From Candidatus Onthoplasma sp. (GTDB lineage: Bacteria; Bacillota; Clostridia; Christensenellales; UBA1242), in assembly GCA_045614345.1 (NCBI GenBank), contig JAZLCR010000002.1, forward strand, positions 1 to 52,549: a stretch of DNA of 52,549 nucleotides, given 5' to 3'. The translations under genes were made by a program, and so were the position numbers. Of the stretch, positions 32,101 through 38,100 are shown piece by piece. Every line of letters starts with the position of its first letter. Within the stretch, counting starts at the first letter, position 1. Below the pieces are notes generated by a model, which was not told where the DNA came from, searched no databases, and worked only from the letters and a program-made list of their open reading frames with translations.

Positions 32101-35100
32101 AACAAAACAAGATGAGAGCGGTGAAATCTTAGTTGCTGGTCTTGTTGGATATTATAGTTTAGGAAACCCAACATCAACTTCTGGAATTTCAAATTGTAAT
32201 GCTTCAACCAACATTTCAACATTTAAGGGTTCAGACAAACTAGAAGTTAAGGGACCTATGGCTGTTGTAATGTCTGCAGGTGCAGGTAGACTTGATCTTA
32301 AAGCAACAATGAAAGAATGTTTATTCATTGGTGAAATCAATACAGATAAAGAAGAAGTGTCAATTCCAATCCTTTATGCTGGTGGAGCAGTTGGAAGAAT
32401 TCAATCAACTGAAATTGTTAATTTGCAAGAAATAACATCAAATGTTGTTATTTATGCAGGAAGCACATACACAACAAACCTATATGTTGGTGGATTGATT
32501 GGTTCTGTTAACAAAGCAGAAATTTCATATTCAACTTCATGGGGAAGAATTGTTCCAATAGCTGGTGATAGTAGTGTTGAAATTTTAGCAGGAGGTCTAA
32601 TTGGATTAATAGCACAACAAGAAGGTGATCGAATTGACGTTCTCAATTCTTACACAATTTCAAGTGTGTTGCCAGATCAAGTTGAGGGCAAAGGTTTAAC
32701 AAAATTAGGCACTGGCGCTTTGGTTGGAAAAATCAAAGATCCAAAAGTTGTTAATTTCAATAAGGATAGCGTTTTCTATTCAAGTGATTATTCACTTTGT
32801 ATTGATGAAAACTATATAAATTCCAATCCTTTGGGTAACAACCTTTCAGCAGAAACAATGTTTAACAACAAAGATTGGCAAGAAAAATTAAGAACAGAAA
32901 ATGGCAGTGAAAACTCAATTTGGAATCAATTTGTGGTTTATTCGCCGGATGATGTGAGAATGCCATATCAAACATCTCTAAACGACGATATGATGAATTA
33001 TGGAATAATCCAAAAGGTGAGCGGAAATAAATATGATTACATTGAAGGATCTGCAATGCGTCCTGAACAAATTAATTCAGACACAACGTTCGATCAAGAT
33101 AATTACAAATATTATTTGTTAAAACCAAACGCAGATGGCAAAACTCCAACATTCACCAATGCATTATATGGAATTTTAATTTGCAAGGATGTAACATATG
33201 AAAATGCATTCAAAGTTGGAACATTAAGTCAAATTGATCCAATTGTTGATTATGATATTGATGGAACATACTTTGGAATAATTTCAGCGGTTAGAAAAAA
33301 TTCTGCAATTTCAAATATGAATATTGTTATCAATGAACCAATTTCTTCAAATGGAAACGTTGGTATTATCGCGGGAATCAACAATGGCGTGATATTCAAC
33401 TGCTCAGTTCAAGGAACTGCAATTGAGATTAGCGGTTCAGGAAACTACGGATTAATTTCATGTTCAAATAAAGGAATAATTTCAAACTGTTATTCAACAG
33501 CTGAAATAAACAAATTAGTAAGTGCAAATCTTGGTGGAATAACTTATGCAAATAGTGGAAAACTTGTTTCAAATTATTTCACAGGATATATTGAAAACGA
33601 AAATTCAACAGCAGCAGGAATTGTGGTTCAATTCAATGAAGGTTATGTTTATAATAACTATATGGCTGGTGTTGTAACAAAAATCAAAGAAGATGGCAAC
33701 GCTTTCAATGCCAGTGGTAATATCTCAGGTGAAAACAACTTTATTGATTCATATTCAGATATTGAATATAATCACAAAGAATATGATGGTGCAACACAGG
33801 CAGAAAGGGAAGCAAAGGAAGCAGAAGAACATGCAAAATTAATGCCAATTTCAACTGCAGAGTTAATGTCTAACATAAAAAAAGACACAGGCGCTGAGTT
33901 GTTGAAAGGAAAATGGCGTGTTTCTGTTGACTCTTCTTATGGATTTATAAATAAGGATGGAGTGGCTGATCCAGAATCGTTCTTTGGGTTTAACTATAAC
34001 TATCCGGTTTATAGAATTAACAAGTTGATGGGTAACATTGTTAATGACATAAAAAATCAACTTCCAACAGGAACAGGAATAACAAATGAAAATCTTGACA
34101 CTTTGGATGAGAGATATCAAAAAATTGTTAATGGTGTCGGAGCACCAAATCAAGAGTATTTGGATGCATTTAAAATTCCTCATTTGGGAGTTTTAACTTC
34201 AATCCAAAACTTGTTAGATAAAAGCAGAAACTATGTTGTTATCTATGACATGAATGGTTTGAACAAAGCGTGGAAACCAATTGGAACATATGGAGAAGTA
34301 AACAACTTTGCAAATCCAGATGAATATGGTTTCAGTGGTGTGTTTGTAACGAACGAATATTATAACTTGAATTTAAACAAATCAAAAACAATTTCAAATT
34401 TGGGTGAGAAAGGTTTGTTTGCAAATATTGACCAAGCATACTTTAGTGATATCAAATTTGGAGGATTATCAAATCTTTCATCAAGTGGTGCATTTGGAAC
34501 AAACATTCTTCCAACAATGGAAGACAATGCAAATGTTTATGTTAACAATGTGATGTTTGTTGAAAATTCAGTGATAACAATTGATTCTAGTTCAACATCG
34601 GGTGGATTGTTTGGAACAGTTGAGGGGTATTTAAAAATTACTTTATTTAGCAACAAAACTGAAGATAACACTCCAGCAATGATTTTCGAAGGCGGTAATT
34701 ATGTTGGACTTATTGCCGGAACTTTGGAAGATGGAAAAATTGAGTTGGTTAGCGGAGATTATTTTGTTAACTTCAATGGTTGTGAAAACACAGGTGGCGT
34801 TGTTGGATCAATGAAAAGTAAGTCATTAGGTGCTGAAATCATTGGTGGTGACAACACAATAACAATATTCACAAACGTAGGAAGCAATGAATTTAACACA
34901 ATGATTGGTGGCGTTGTTGCCAAAACAGAATATGTTGATGCAAATAATCCAACCGGCAAATTGACAATAAGTAACATCACAGTTTGCTTTGGTGGAACAT
35001 TATTACAATTCAACACAAGTTATTATGGTGGAATTGTTGCACAAGTGAATGCATCAACAGAAGTGAATGATTTCATAATGACATCTGAAGCTGGAAAAGT

Positions 35101-38100
35101 TGAGTTCTTAACGCGCGGAAGCAACAAACATTTCGGTTTACTTGCAGGCTCACAAAATGCTGATTTAAAAGTTACAAGTTTCACCATGAATTCAATTTCA
35201 GAAGTTAATGTAACATGCAATAATGATGCTGGCGGTGAAACATTTGAATATGAAACAACAACAATGGGTATTGGTCTGTTGGTTGGAAGCTTAAAAAATT
35301 CAAGCTTAACAGTTGATTCACAATCTATCAATGAAATATCAATAACTTCAAACGCAATTCCAAACCTTGGTTCATTAATAGGTTACATTGAAGACGATGG
35401 AACTGGAAGCGGTGTTAAAATTAATGTCCCAAAACCTGAAGTGTTAATAAAACTTCAAGGAACAACAAATGTTGGTGGATTAGTTGGACACATGAAAGGA
35501 AACATCTACAACGATGTTACATTTGCAGATGAGTTGCTAAAAGACATGGACTTTGCTCAAATTATCATCAAAGGTTCAGATGATGATTCAATGAAGTATC
35601 GCAACTTTGGTGGAATCTTTGGAAGATTTGATGGGGAAAGTTCAGTTCAAATAACAAATAAGAACGAAATTATAATCGATGAAGAAAAAGGTGTTGCATA
35701 TAATGTCGGCGGTGTTATTGGAATGCTTGCAGAAGGAACAAAGGTTGCAAACCTTGTAAACGAAAAAGACTTTAAAGAGGATAACACATTCTCAGAAACA
35801 ATTATAACAAACGTAAACGGAACAAAAGAGATAACAAGATTTATTAACGTTGGTGGTGTTGTTGGTTACGCTAAAAATGCAGAAATCACAAATGTAACAA
35901 ACAATGCAATAATCAAAGGTTATCAAAATGTTGGAGGAATTGTTGGAAACCTTTCTGGAGATCTTGCAAAATTGGAAAATTCTTCGGGAGTGTCTGAACA
36001 CAATTCTGTTGATGAGGCAGGTGAAAATGATGATGTTATATGGCTTTCATCAAACAAAAAACTTCACGCAACAAAAGATAGCAACGAAAATGCGGGCGAA
36101 GTTTACGGAATAATTAACGTTGGTGGAGCGGTTGGATTGGCTGATGAATCAAAAGTTCTAAAAGTTAGCACAATGGCAAATGTTTATGGAAACACCAATG
36201 TTGGTGGTTTGATCGGTTTGGCAGACAAACTTGCACAAATAGATCAAAACTATGTTTACAAATCTGAGGATGAAGAAACAGTTGTTAAAGGTGTTTACTA
36301 TGATCTTAAAATAACAGAAGTAAACAACGTTACTGGCGAAACAAAAATAACAGCAAAAACAATAACTCCAACAGGTGTAGGTGGAGTTGTTGGAACAATA
36401 AACAATTCATCAGTAACACACAATGCCATTAATGAAGTTTGTGTTGCTTCAACCGAAGAAACTTTTGGAAAGAATTTGGGAGAAATTGAAGCAATTTCAA
36501 CAATCAGTAACTACATGATGGATGTCAAAGTTGGTGACAGCAATAGCCTTGATAGTGTTAAAAATTTCTTTGATCTATCAAAACCTGCTAACTTGGCTAA
36601 CAAATTAAAATTTTCAGACGTCAAAACAGGTTTCGGTGGATTTGCAGGAACAATCGACACTGAATCAATGGGGAAAATAGCAGATGCTGCAACAGGCGAG
36701 AAAGCGATTGCTAAAAACTACATAAAAGATATCAACATCGAAGCACAACTCGGAATAAATGTTGGAACATATTTGGGTGTTTATAGATATTCAGGAAATA
36801 ACACTGAAGGAACAAAGAACTTCATGGATGTTCCAATGCTCCTTGGAACCAACAACTTGGTTGATGGTGGATATAATGTTGGTGGAATTGTTGGTTACGT
36901 TGATTACGTTTCAGGAGAAATGTTAAATGTTTTAGACAACAAAAATCTCAAGGGTTATAACTCAGAAATTAAATTGCAATCAAGACTTGGTGCAATGTAT
37001 GTTGGTGGACTTGCTGGAAAAACAGATGCCAACACAATTGAAGCCTTTAACATTTCATCAAGTGAGGCAGAGGTTAACATAACGATTTCAACAAACTTGA
37101 GTTATTATGTTGGTGGCTTGATTGGTCGTGCTGAAGTTGGCAAAAATTATGCTCGAATAGCCTCAATCAAAGGTAATCTAGGTGATTGGAACAACGATGG
37201 ACCTGATGGCGAAGCTGGAACAGCTGATGATGCTCCAACAATGATTGCAGGAACAGATGCTGTTGTTGTTTCTGGTAACGATGAAAGAGATAACTTTGGT
37301 GCATTAATTGGAATGCTTAAATCTGCTAAGCGTGAATCTGGAATGGAAATAACTGTTGAAGGCAATCACAACAAGTTGTTCACAATTAATGTGATTGAAA
37401 ACAGCAACTATGTTGAAGGTTCAACCGTATTTAACTCACTTGAAAATGAAAATCAAATAGATTTATATGCACAAGCGTATTATATAAATATGGATAGTTT
37501 CAACATTTCGGGTTCAAAAAATGCGGATTATCATGGAGATGGAAAAACAAATCTGTTCACAAACAAAGCAAGCGGTTGGGCAAAAGAATATACAATTGCA
37601 AAAACCATTCAACGTTGCATAACGATGGATGATATTGAAAACAAAACAGATGGAGTTAATCCAAAATGGGATTCAATTGCAACAATTTATGATGCAAGCA
37701 ATATCAGACTCGTTGATGTTAATGGGGATTCAATTGAAAGAACAATGTATGAAAGAACTGCTGGAGAACCATTAATTTATGCATCAACCTATATTGCTGA
37801 ACCAGTGCCAGATCCTTTGAATGAATGTCTCATGACAAATAAAAACTGGAACACAACATATGGGACGAAGAAAAAGAAACAAGAATTATTTGCTGTTCTT
37901 GGTTATCAAAAGGATGCTAAGCAGGTATTAGAAGGAACAAGAGAACATACTTATGATTCTCTTCAAGAGGTTGGATTCATATTTGAAACATATGAAGATG
38001 AAGGTGAAGATAACAAAGTTATGTTCATTAAAACAATAAACATGACGAATGATAACAAGGCAAGTTCAGGGTCAATATTTAGAATGGATGGAAGAGCTGA

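Noticed and set aside
37180-37240. Asp/Gly-rich stretch NLGDWNNDGPDGEAGTADDAP in the 6730-aa protein as a calcium-binding (TSP3/EF-hand-like) loop.
   Set aside because: It is a single occurrence and does not fit the DxDxDGxxDxxD spacing well. That is insufficient evidence to call a motif.
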